Below are positions 35,334 through 42,347 of a stretch of 42,347 bases of DNA, piece after piece. The notes below the pieces were generated by a model. It worked only from the letters and a program-made list of their open reading frames with translations. It had not been told where the DNA came from and did no database searches. The DNA lies in the NCBI GenBank assembly GCA_012514415.1, contig JAAZAH010000248.1, positions 1 to 42,347 of the forward strand, in the 5' to 3' direction. The DNA comes from Sandaracinaceae bacterium. Lineage in GTDB: Bacteria > Myxococcota_A > Polyangia > Polyangiales > Houyiibacteriaceae. The number at the start of each line of letters is the position of its first letter. Position 1 is the stretch's first letter. The position numbers were made by a program, and so were the translations under genes.

Positions 35334-35412
35334 TCCCCTGGGCAGGCCGCTCCGATGGTATCCATCCGAAGCGCCTTCCATCAAGCGTTATTCCCGGACG
35401 AAGTCGCGCGGC

Positions 35413-36117
35413 TCATTTGAGCATGATCGCTCCCGACCAAGTGAGCGTCGCGTACGTGGCATAACCCACAAGGAGGTGCGCTGTCGCGATCCCTTGGAGG
35501 GCGCGGTAGTTTTCAGAGCGAGAGAGACCGAAGGCATCTCCATTGGCAGAGAGGATGCCGAGAAGGATTTGAGCGGCCATTCCGCCGAGATGCGCCCAGC
35601 GGAGCCGCTTGTGCTGGCGGAGCCGTCGGGCGGATTTTGAATCGCCTTCATCGAGGCCGATCGGATCGGGCATGGCGAAGGAGAGGCCAAACGTGGTGAA
35701 ATAAAGTGCGCCACCGAGGGCCACGGTCGTCGTATGCGACACGGGTCTCCCGATGCATGCATCTTGGCCAAAGATGGCCCTCCCCTCGACGCATGGTGTC
35801 GCTTCGAGAGGGCTGAAGAAGCCGTAGAGGTTGCGGTATTGGATTGTGCCGAAGACGCTCGCCGCCGTCATGGCGATCCACGTCGAGATGCCCAGCCATT
35901 GGTGGGCCTTGCCGATCTTCCGGCGTTTATCGAGCAGCCGTGCGACGTCTTCCGAGCTGAGCTCGGCGCCCTTGGCCATCGCGACTGCGCCCTCGGCGCT
36001 CAGGTGGGCGCCCGCCGTATGAACCGCAGCGCTTGCGACGATGGACGGATCGATCTCGAGCGCATAACTCGTGGGGAGCGGGCTCGTGAGGAGGAGTGCG
36101 AGAAAGAGCGAGGGCAT
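35413..36117 (-). CDS. multi-pass membrane protein of unknown function, immediately upstream of the giant TPR gene
   Basis: ATG 36117 gives MPSLFLALLLTSPLPTSYA, a signal-like N-terminus. Hydrophobic helices include WLGISTWIAMTAASVFGTI, TTVALGGALYFTTFGLSFA, LGGMAAQILLGILSA and ATAHLLVGYATYATLTW. It is on the same strand as the TPR gene, 28 to 79 nt upstream. Confidence 0.62.
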   Translation of the reverse strand: MPSLFLALLLTSPLPTSYALEIDPSIVASAAVHTAGAHLSAEGAVAMAKGAELSSEDVARLLDKRRKIGKAHQWLGISTWIAMTAASVFGTIQYRNLYGFFSPLEATPCVEGRAIFGQDACIGRPVSHTTTVALGGALYFTTFGLSFAMPDPIGLDEGDSKSARRLRQHKRLRWAHLGGMAAQILLGILSANGDAFGLSRSENYRALQGIATAHLLVGYATYATLTWSGAIMLK

Positions 36118-36344
36118 CGGAGACAGTATGCGTTCTCTCGCTCCCCTGTAACAAGGGTGGCGTGTCGATCGCCGTGCGGGGTGAGCCTTCGGCGCTCCCA
36201 CAACCCTCGGCGCTCGATCCGCCGCAGAGCGGTGGCATCGGAAGCGGTTTTCGAGCTGCTCTCGCCCAGTTGCGGTGCAGTCTGGGTCGGGATCGAATCA
36301 AGATGACATGAGACGAAAGGGGACGAGCTGCTATTCTCCAGAGC

Positions 36345-37265
36345 ATGGCGCTCTTCGACTCCCTCCCCGCCGAGGTCTCCATCTACGAAGTCTCCCCCCG
36401 TGACGGCCTCCAGAACGAAGCCGCACAGGTCGCGACCCATTCCAAGGTTCGGCTCATCGAAGCGTTGCTCGAAAGCGGGCTACGTCGCGTCGAAATCGCG
36501 AGCTTCGTCTCGCCCAAATGGATTCCGCAGCTGGCCGACGGGGAACAGGTCGCTCGGCTGATCGGAGAGCGCGAGGGTGCCGCATTTTCGGCGCTCTGCC
36601 CCAATGGCCGGGGGCTCGAGCGGGCCATTGCCGCGGGCATGAAAGAGGTCGCCGTCTTCATCAGCGCGAGCGAGACGCACAATCAGAAGAACGTCAATAA
36701 GTCGATCGACGAGACGCTTCGCGCCTTTGATGAGGTGATCGAGCCGGCCATCGAGGCAGGTCTCCGCGTCCGTGGATATGTCTCTACACTCTGGGGGTGT
36801 CCCTACGAAGGCGAGGTGGACCCCCGCGCCGGACTTCGAATCGCTGACATCCTTCTAGAGCGCGGCTGCTATCAGATCAGCCTCGGCGATACGATCGGCG
36901 TCGGCACTCCGCTCCAGACCAAGCGAATCCTCGAACTTTTCCTCGCGTCCATCCCGGCCGATAAGCTCGCTCTCCATCTTCACGACACGCGCGGAACGGC
37001 CCTCGCCAATGTGATCGTCGGACTCGAGATGGGCATCCGGACGTACGACGCGAGCGTCGGTGGGCTCGGCGGCTGTCCCTACGCTCCGGGGGCCGCGGGA
37101 AACCTCGCGACCGAAGATCTCGTCTATACGCTCGAGGGGATGGGCATCCGCACCGGGGTCGACCTTGAAAAGTTATGGCGGGCGGGACAGATCGCCGAAG
37201 CCATTGTGGGGCGAGAGCTTCCAGGGAAAGTGCATCGGGCCGGGGTGCGTTCGCTTTCGGGCTGA
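36345..37265 (+). CDS. hydroxymethylglutaryl-CoA lyase
   Basis: Motifs present: VSIYEVSPRDGLQNE, SFVSPKWIPQ, HLHDTRGTALAN and GLGGCPYAPGAAGNLATEDL, the DRE-TIM HMGL family signature. Confidence 0.9.
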   Translation: MALFDSLPAEVSIYEVSPRDGLQNEAAQVATHSKVRLIEALLESGLRRVEIASFVSPKWIPQLADGEQVARLIGEREGAAFSALCPNGRGLERAIAAGMKEVAVFISASETHNQKNVNKSIDETLRAFDEVIEPAIEAGLRVRGYVSTLWGCPYEGEVDPRAGLRIADILLERGCYQISLGDTIGVGTPLQTKRILELFLASIPADKLALHLHDTRGTALANVIVGLEMGIRTYDASVGGLGGCPYAPGAAGNLATEDLVYTLEGMGIRTGVDLEKLWRAGQIAEAIVGRELPGKVHRAGVRSLSG

Positions 37266-37388
37266 GCGGCACCGGCTCACCCGCGCACACTACCGCCACA
37301 GGAGATTTTTCCAAAAACACCAGCGGGGACGAGAAGACTCCGAGATGGCTCGGCAATCGATTTGCGCTTGACGCGGCAGCCTTAGGAA

Positions 37389-37407
37389 AGTAAGTGCTCA
37401 CTCACTT
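37389..37407. promoter_or_regulatory. operator-like site 1 abutting the TetR start codon
   Basis: AGTAAGTGCTCACTCACTT shares the blocks AGTAAGTG and CTCACTC with site 2 at 38043..38061. It ends at the TTG start, 37407. Confidence 0.4.
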
Positions 37408-38024
37408 TGGCACGTCCGCGAAAAATCAACGACGACACCCTTCTCGAATCGCTCCGCGAGACCTTCCTCGAGGTCGGCCCGGCGGTGACCACGCGCGAGC
37501 TCGCTGAGCGCGCCGGAGTGAGTGAAGGGACGCTTTTTAAGCGATTTGGCGATAAGCGCAAGATGTTCGTGCAGGCGCTGCGTCTCCCCGATTTTCACGA
37601 AGAGCAATGGTATCGCTCGCTCGCCAATCGGGAAAAAACCGTCCCGCTTCGCGACTATCTCATCGACGTCGGGCTGCGCCTGCACGGCGCGCTCTCGATC
37701 TCGGTGCCGATCATCCAGACCGTCTTTTCAAATCAGTTCATCAACCCTCAGGACATCCGGACCCTGCTCCGGAGGAATAAAGAGACGCCGCCGCTCCAGA
37801 TCCTCGACACCTTCGCGGCACTCTTCGAGAACGAGATGGCCGCGGGGGAGATCCGAACGAGCCGCCCGCTCGATCTCGCGCGTTTCTTTGTCGGTGCCAT
37901 CCATTCCGACGTGCATCTCCGCCTCTACTTCCCTCAGGACGCCACGTTCACCCCCGAAGAGATGCTCGAGGAGGTGGTCGAGACCCTGCTCGGCTTCATC
38001 GCGCTGCCCAAGGAGCCGACGTGA
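37407..38024 (+). CDS. TetR/AcrR family transcriptional regulator
   Basis: The N-terminal HTH is TTRELAERAGVSEGTLFKRFGDKRKMF, followed by an all-helical C-terminal ligand domain. The length is 205 aa, with a TTG start as listed. It lies directly upstream of an efflux operon. Confidence 0.85.
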   Translation: MARPRKINDDTLLESLRETFLEVGPAVTTRELAERAGVSEGTLFKRFGDKRKMFVQALRLPDFHEEQWYRSLANREKTVPLRDYLIDVGLRLHGALSISVPIIQTVFSNQFINPQDIRTLLRRNKETPPLQILDTFAALFENEMAAGEIRTSRPLDLARFFVGAIHSDVHLRLYFPQDATFTPEEMLEEVVETLLGFIALPKEPT

Positions 38025-38045
38025 TTCTTTTTCAAGCAGTTAGTA

Positions 38046-38059
38046 AGTGAGCGCTCACT
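38046..38059. promoter_or_regulatory. perfect 14-bp palindrome, candidate TetR operator (site 2)
   Basis: AGTGAGCGCTCACT is fully self-complementary. It lies in the 38-nt gap between the tetR stop (38024) and the OMP start (38063), ending 3 nt before the ATG. Confidence 0.55.
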
Positions 38060-38062
38060 CTT

Positions 38063-39775
38063 ATGACGAAGAAAACTCAAAGATATCGCGCCCGAAAGAA
38101 AGTAAGATCCGTCTCGAGCCTTGCTCTCGGCCTTAGTCTCATGACGGTTCTCCTCGGGGTTTCTCGTGGCGCCGATGCGCAAGCGCGGACGCCAACTTCA
38201 CCGCTCGATGCCCCCGTCGCACCGCCTTCCGAGCCCGTACAGCCCTCGCCGATCGCGCGTGATGCCGGTGGCCCGCCTCCTTCCGCGGCGGCTCCGGCCG
38301 AGCTTCCGGAGCTTCCGGCCTTTGCAGCGACGGGCGCCCAACCCGCCGAGCTCGATGAGCTGCTCCCTGCCGAGCTTCTTGGCGAGGGTGGACTGCAGCT
38401 TGGCGCGCTGATCACACGCGCACTCGAGGTCTCGCTTACCGCGCGGCGGGGCCAAGCGCGCGAACGAGGGGCCGATGCGGCGCTCGCTGGCGCAAGGCGG
38501 GCCTATGTCCCTCAAGCCTCGGTGGGCTTCCGCTACGTCCGGCTCTCCGATTATACCCCCGCCACGATCGCGATGTTCAACACGCCCGCGTGTCTGGCGA
38601 ACCTCGCCGACTGTCAGGCGAACCCTCAAGGCTATACCGAGGACTTCGTCCTGCAGCAGCCGATCCTCGATCAGTACTCGCTTAATACGAGCGTGGCGCT
38701 TCCCATCAGCTCTTGGGCGGGCTCCTCACGGCATGAACTTCGCGCAGCAAAGCTCGAGCGCGAAGCAGCGAGAGAGGCGAGTCAGGCCGCCCAGAACGAC
38801 GCCGTGATCGAAGCGCTCGAAGTGTATTTTGAGCTCGTCCGTGCACGGGCTCAAGAGCGCCTTGCTCGCGAGGCCGAAGCGGTCGCTGAGAAGCAGGCCG
38901 AAGAAATGCAGCACCGCGCCGAAAGCGGCCTCGTGATGGAGCATATCGCTCAGCTCGCGCGCTCAAATCATGAGGCCTATCGGAGGCTCGTCATCGTCGC
39001 CGAGAGCCGGAGCGCCATCGCCGAAAGGGCACTTCGGGATCTTCTCGAATATCCGGAAGACGAGCCGATCGTCGTCAGCTTTCCGCTGAGCTCGCTCCCG
39101 CGCGCCCCCGAAGCCTCACGCGAAGAGTGGAGAGAGCGGGCAGCGGCGGACAATCCGATTGTCCGCGCGCAATCGCTCCGTGCCGATGCGGATCGCAAAA
39201 GGGCGTACGCGGAACGCGCGCGAATGTTTCCCGCGTTCTCGATCGTCTTCAACCACGCGTACGCGAACCCGAACTCCCGCATCTTCCCGCAGACCAAGGA
39301 GTTCATCGGCACTTGGGACCTCATCGCACAGCTCTCCTTTTCGCTCGACGGGGCACTCCTCGCCGATGCGCGGCGGAGGCAGCGTCTCGCGCTCGCAGAG
39401 GAAAGCGAGATCAACGCGATCCTCGAGGAGCGAATGAGCGGGAGGCGCGCGCTCCACGAGCACGGCAGTCTCCTCGCGTCGCTCACTCAGGTCGAATCCC
39501 AGCGGATTCAAGCCGCGAGCGCCATCGCGAAGGAAGAAGAGATCCGTGCGCGGGAGGCTGCGGGGCTGTCGACGACGCTCGCCTCGCTTGAGGCCGCGTC
39601 GCAGACGCTCCGCGCACGGCTCGATCTCATCGACGCCATCATCGATGCACATCTATCGAGCGCCCGCCTCGCGAGCGCGGTCGGCCTCTTACCGACCGCC
39701 CCCTCGCTCATCGAGCCGCCGAACCCCAGCTCGATGCACCAATCCACGGGCCCCGCACCGCGAGTGACCCCATGA
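38063..39775 (+). CDS. TolC-family outer membrane efflux protein
   Basis: The signal peptide is MTKKTQRYRARKKVRSVSSLALGLSLMTVLLGVSRGADA, followed by a Pro/Ala-rich linker. OEP-type helical repeats follow. It is the first gene of an OMP-MFP-RND operon. Confidence 0.83.
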   Translation: MTKKTQRYRARKKVRSVSSLALGLSLMTVLLGVSRGADAQARTPTSPLDAPVAPPSEPVQPSPIARDAGGPPPSAAAPAELPELPAFAATGAQPAELDELLPAELLGEGGLQLGALITRALEVSLTARRGQARERGADAALAGARRAYVPQASVGFRYVRLSDYTPATIAMFNTPACLANLADCQANPQGYTEDFVLQQPILDQYSLNTSVALPISSWAGSSRHELRAAKLEREAAREASQAAQNDAVIEALEVYFELVRARAQERLAREAEAVAEKQAEEMQHRAESGLVMEHIAQLARSNHEAYRRLVIVAESRSAIAERALRDLLEYPEDEPIVVSFPLSSLPRAPEASREEWRERAAADNPIVRAQSLRADADRKRAYAERARMFPAFSIVFNHAYANPNSRIFPQTKEFIGTWDLIAQLSFSLDGALLADARRRQRLALAEESEINAILEERMSGRRALHEHGSLLASLTQVESQRIQAASAIAKEEEIRAREAAGLSTTLASLEAASQTLRARLDLIDAIIDAHLSSARLASAVGLLPTAPSLIEPPNPSSMHQSTGPAPRVTP

Positions 39776-39894
39776 GTCGGTCGTCCTCCAAGCTCGCCGA
39801 GCTCCACCCCCCCTGGTCTTCATCCCGCGTTTCCAACATGCGTTCCCTATCCGACCTCAACCCCAAGCGCCCCACCCACGACAGCCCTCGAACC

Positions 39895-41097
39895 ATGCGA
39901 CGTGATCTGCTTCTCCTTTTCCTCGTTTCCGCGCTCGGCGCATCCCTCGCCGCCTGCTCCAAAGGCGACGCGCTCACCGAGCACGCCGAAATCGACGCAC
40001 CCATCGAAGTCGCGCTCCATCACGCCGTCAAAGAGCGAATCCCGGTCACGCTGGAGCTCGATGGTACGCTCGCCCCGAACCGTTCGGCCAAGCTGAGCCC
40101 ACTCGTCTCGGGTCATATCGCAGAGGTCCATGTCGAACGCGGCGATCGCGTGAAGGCAGGTGATCCGCTCATTTCGCTCCGACGAAACGAGCTCTCCCTC
40201 GCGGCGCGTGCCGCGAGCCAACGCGCCGCCGCCCACCTTCGGCAGCTCGGCGTCGATCGCATCGGCGAGTTCGATCCCGAAGCCCTTCCCGAGGTCATCG
40301 CCGCCAAGGCCGCGCTCGATCAAGAAGAGGATCAGCTCCGCCGCTATACACAGCTCTACGAACACGGTTCGATCGATGAGCGAAGCTTTGCCCAGGCCCA
40401 GCTAATGACGGATGCCGCGCGCGCGCGCTATCAATCGGCGCTTCAACAAGCCAAGGCCTCTGCCGCCAACTATCAGGCGCTTTCCGCCGAGGCCGCACTC
40501 CGTCAGGCCGACGCCGCAAACACCGTCCTCCGAGCGCCCTTCGATGGCTCAGTCGTCGAGAGGATGGGTGAGGTGGGTGAGTTCATCAGCTCGCAAAGCC
40601 CGGCTGTTGAGCTTGTCGACGCGAGTCAGCTCCGGCTCAATCTCGCCGTCCCCGAGCGATTCGCCGATTCGATCTTCGAGGGACAAGAGGCTGAGATCCT
40701 CATCTCCGGCACCTCTCACCGGCTGCGCGGCGAGGTGCGCTATATCGCCGCCGCCATCGATGAGGCAACGCGCACCCTCCGGATCGAGGTCCTCACGCCA
40801 AATCCGGACGGCGCGCTCCGCGCCGGTCATTTTGCGCGCGCCCGCCTGAACCTCGGCGGAGAGCGTGAGGTCATCCGCGTGCCGAAGGACGCGCTGTCAG
40901 AGCGCGCGGGCGTCTATCGACTTTATGTCCGCGGCGAAGACAACCGCGCCATCGCATCGCTCGTCACGGTCATCGAATCCGATGGCGATGAGTTTCTCAT
41001 CGATGCGAGCGAGCTTCCCGATCGCGTCGAGCTCATCCTTTCGCCTCCGCGGATGCTGCAAGACGGCTCCCCCATCACCGCCAGCATGGAAGGCTGA
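39895..41097 (+). CDS. efflux RND transporter periplasmic adaptor (membrane fusion protein), lipoprotein
   Basis: ATG 39895 gives MRRDLLLLFLVSALGASLAACSKGD, with the lipobox LAAC. A lipoyl-like hairpin is present (SGHIAEVHVERGDRVKAGDPLISL ... VLRAPFDGSVVE) with a coiled coil between. An upstream ATG at 39772 overlaps the OMP stop (ATGA), but would place 41 aa ahead of the signal peptide. Confidence 0.83.
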   Translation: MRRDLLLLFLVSALGASLAACSKGDALTEHAEIDAPIEVALHHAVKERIPVTLELDGTLAPNRSAKLSPLVSGHIAEVHVERGDRVKAGDPLISLRRNELSLAARAASQRAAAHLRQLGVDRIGEFDPEALPEVIAAKAALDQEEDQLRRYTQLYEHGSIDERSFAQAQLMTDAARARYQSALQQAKASAANYQALSAEAALRQADAANTVLRAPFDGSVVERMGEVGEFISSQSPAVELVDASQLRLNLAVPERFADSIFEGQEAEILISGTSHRLRGEVRYIAAAIDEATRTLRIEVLTPNPDGALRAGHFARARLNLGGEREVIRVPKDALSERAGVYRLYVRGEDNRAIASLVTVIESDGDEFLIDASELPDRVELILSPPRMLQDGSPITASMEG

Positions 41098-41103
41098 TTC
41101 ATC

Positions 41104-42347
41104 ATGCAATGGCTCGCCAACGTCTCCATCGATCGCCCGGTTTTTACGTGGGTGATGTCCCTCGCGCTGCTGGTCCTCGGCTTCGCGAGTATCGGCTCGC
41201 TTCCGGTCGACCGCTTCCCGAACGTCGACATCCCCGTCGTCACCGTCGTCACGCCCTACCCCGGCGCCTCGCCCGAGCAGGTCGAGATCGAAGTCACCGA
41301 GCTCATCGAAGAAGCGGTCAACGCGGTCTCGGGTCTCTCGGAGCTTCGCTCCACCTCCTATGAAGGCCTCTCCGTCGTCTTCATCCAGTTCGAGCTCGAA
41401 AAAGACGTCGACGTCGCAGCGCAAGAGGTCCGCGATCGGGTCAACCGCGTGCTCGGCGACCTTCCCGCGGGGCTCGATCCCCCGCGGATCGAAAAGATCG
41501 ATCCCGACGCGACACCGCTTTACTACATCGCGGTTCGCGGGCCCGGGACCGCTCAGGAGCTCACCGAGTTCGTCAAGGACGAGCTGAAGACGCCTCTCGA
41601 GGGTCTGAGCGGCGTCGGCTCGATCCAGCTTCTTGGAGAGAGGGAGCGGGCCTTCCTTGTTACGCTCGATCCCGCAAAGCTCGACGCGCATCAGCTCACG
41701 CCCTCGGATGTTGCAGGCGCGCTCTCGCGTGAGAACATCGAGCTTCCCGGAGGGAACATCGATAACGGTCCTCGCTCGCTTCAGGTGAGGGTCCCGGGCA
41801 GGGTGCTCAGCGCCGAAGAGCTCGGACGCATCACGATCGCCAAGCAGGGCGACCACGCGATCCTGCTCCGGGATCTCGCCGACGTCGTGGACGGCGCCTC
41901 CGAGATCGAATCGCTCGTCACGCTCGACGGAGAGGACGTGATCCTCGTCACGGTCACTCGTCAAAGTGGGACCAACGCCATCGCCGTAGCCGACGCGCTT
42001 GATGAACGGATTGGCGAGCTCAAAGAGCGGCTGCCTCCGGGCTACCAAGTCGATGTCGTTCGTGATGAGAGCGGTTTCGCGCGCACCTCGGTCCACGCGG
42101 TTCAAGAGCACCTTATGCTCGGCGCCATCTTCGCGGTGCTCGTAGTGATGACCTTCCTCAAGAATGGTCGCGCCACCGTCATCGCAGCGCTCGCCATCCC
42201 GATCTCGATCATCGCGACCTTCGCCGTCCTCAAGGCGATGGATCTCACGCTCAATATGATCACCCTCCTCGCGCTCACGCTCGCGGTGGGCATTGTCATC
42301 GATGATGCGATCGTCGTCATCGAGAACATCATGCGGTACCTTGAGGA
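41104..42347 (+). CDS. RND efflux permease (AcrB/HAE family), 5' partial, continues beyond the window
   Basis: This frame is open to the window end, so it is absent from the ORF track. My hand translation gives MQWLANVSIDRPVFTWVMSLALLVLGFASIGSLPVDRFPNVDIPVVTVVTPYPGASPEQVE... and, near the end, LALTLAVGIVIDDAIVVIENIMRYLE, a conserved RND motif. Confidence 0.92.
   Translation, partial: MQWLANVSIDRPVFTWVMSLALLVLGFASIGSLPVDRFPNVDIPVVTVVTPYPGASPEQVEIEVTELIEEAVNAVSGLSELRSTSYEGLSVVFIQFELEKDVDVAAQEVRDRVNRVLGDLPAGLDPPRIEKIDPDATPLYYIAVRGPGTAQELTEFVKDELKTPLEGLSGVGSIQLLGERERAFLVTLDPAKLDAHQLTPSDVAGALSRENIELPGGNIDNGPRSLQVRVPGRVLSAEELGRITIAKQGDHAILLRDLADVVDGASEIESLVTLDGEDVILVTVTRQSGTNAIAVADALDERIGELKERLPPGYQVDVVRDESGFARTSVHAVQEHLMLGAIFAVLVVMTFLKNGRATVIAALAIPISIIATFAVLKAMDLTLNMITLLALTLAVGIVIDDAIVVIENIMRYLE

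Noticed and set aside
24165-35420. Many long ORFs lie on the plus strand and in off-frames across the giant gene. Examples are 32667..35420 (917 aa), 29946..31619 (557 aa), 28938..29789, 31656..32489, and minus off-frames 24671..25801 and 33017..34201.
   Set aside because: These are shadow frames. The real frame is rich in GAG, GAC, CTC, GCC and CGC codons and almost lacks codons whose complements are stops (TTA, CTA, TCA), so antisense frames stay open. Their products are low-complexity (Arg/Ser/Pro or Leu/Glu/Arg-rich) with no motifs, and they are fully nested in a coherent 3,750-aa frame.
40897-42111. A 404-aa minus-strand ORF, and also 42102..42332 on the minus strand.
   Set aside because: Both are antisense to the clearly recognisable RND permease and adaptor genes. 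The products are Arg/Asp/Gly-rich junk.
1-42347. CRISPR arrays, IS elements, prophage, toxin-antitoxin systems or known defence-system gene sets.
   Set aside because: I saw no regularly spaced direct repeats, no transposase, integrase or recombinase motifs, and no nuclease/ATPase/methylase clusters in any credible frame.

Overview
GC-rich bacterial chromosomal window with strong G/C preference at third codon positions. Several traits look Myxococcota-like: a eukaryotic-type Ser/Thr kinase, a MYXO-CTERM-like sorting tail, a giant TPR protein and frequent ATGA/TTGA coupled gene junctions. This taxonomic guess is inference only. I support 27 protein-coding genes, 2 tRNAs and several promoter, terminator and operator candidates. 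Most of the window is housekeeping: trpE, coaBC, tsaC-like, mpg, asd, truA, a siroheme sulfite/nitrite reductase, a class IV aminotransferase and HMG-CoA lyase. There are also a copper module (copA, copZ, an orphan TolC-like gene) and a TetR-controlled OMP-MFP-RND efflux operon that runs off the 3' end. I saw no CRISPR array, transposase, integrase, phage gene or recognisable defence system. The stand-out feature is one uninterrupted 11.2-kb gene (24132..35333/35384, minus strand). It encodes about 3,730-3,750 aa built almost entirely from about 70-74-aa double-TPR modules, and it sits just downstream of a small multi-pass membrane protein gene. Secondary items: (1) a translationally coupled pair encoding a secreted FN3/MYXO-CTERM-like protein and an outer-membrane beta-barrel; (2) a 584-bp gene-poor gap holding an unlisted 40-aa very basic ORF behind a GC-rich structured leader; (3) paired TetR operator candidates; (4) a perfect 16-bp palindrome upstream of the orphan TolC gene; (5) a divergent macro-like fusion protein; (6) a sulfite reductase with an extra C-terminal helical domain. 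Many long ORFs in the supplied track are antisense or shadow frames, or 5' over-extensions. All domain calls come from motif recognition by eye; no searches were run.
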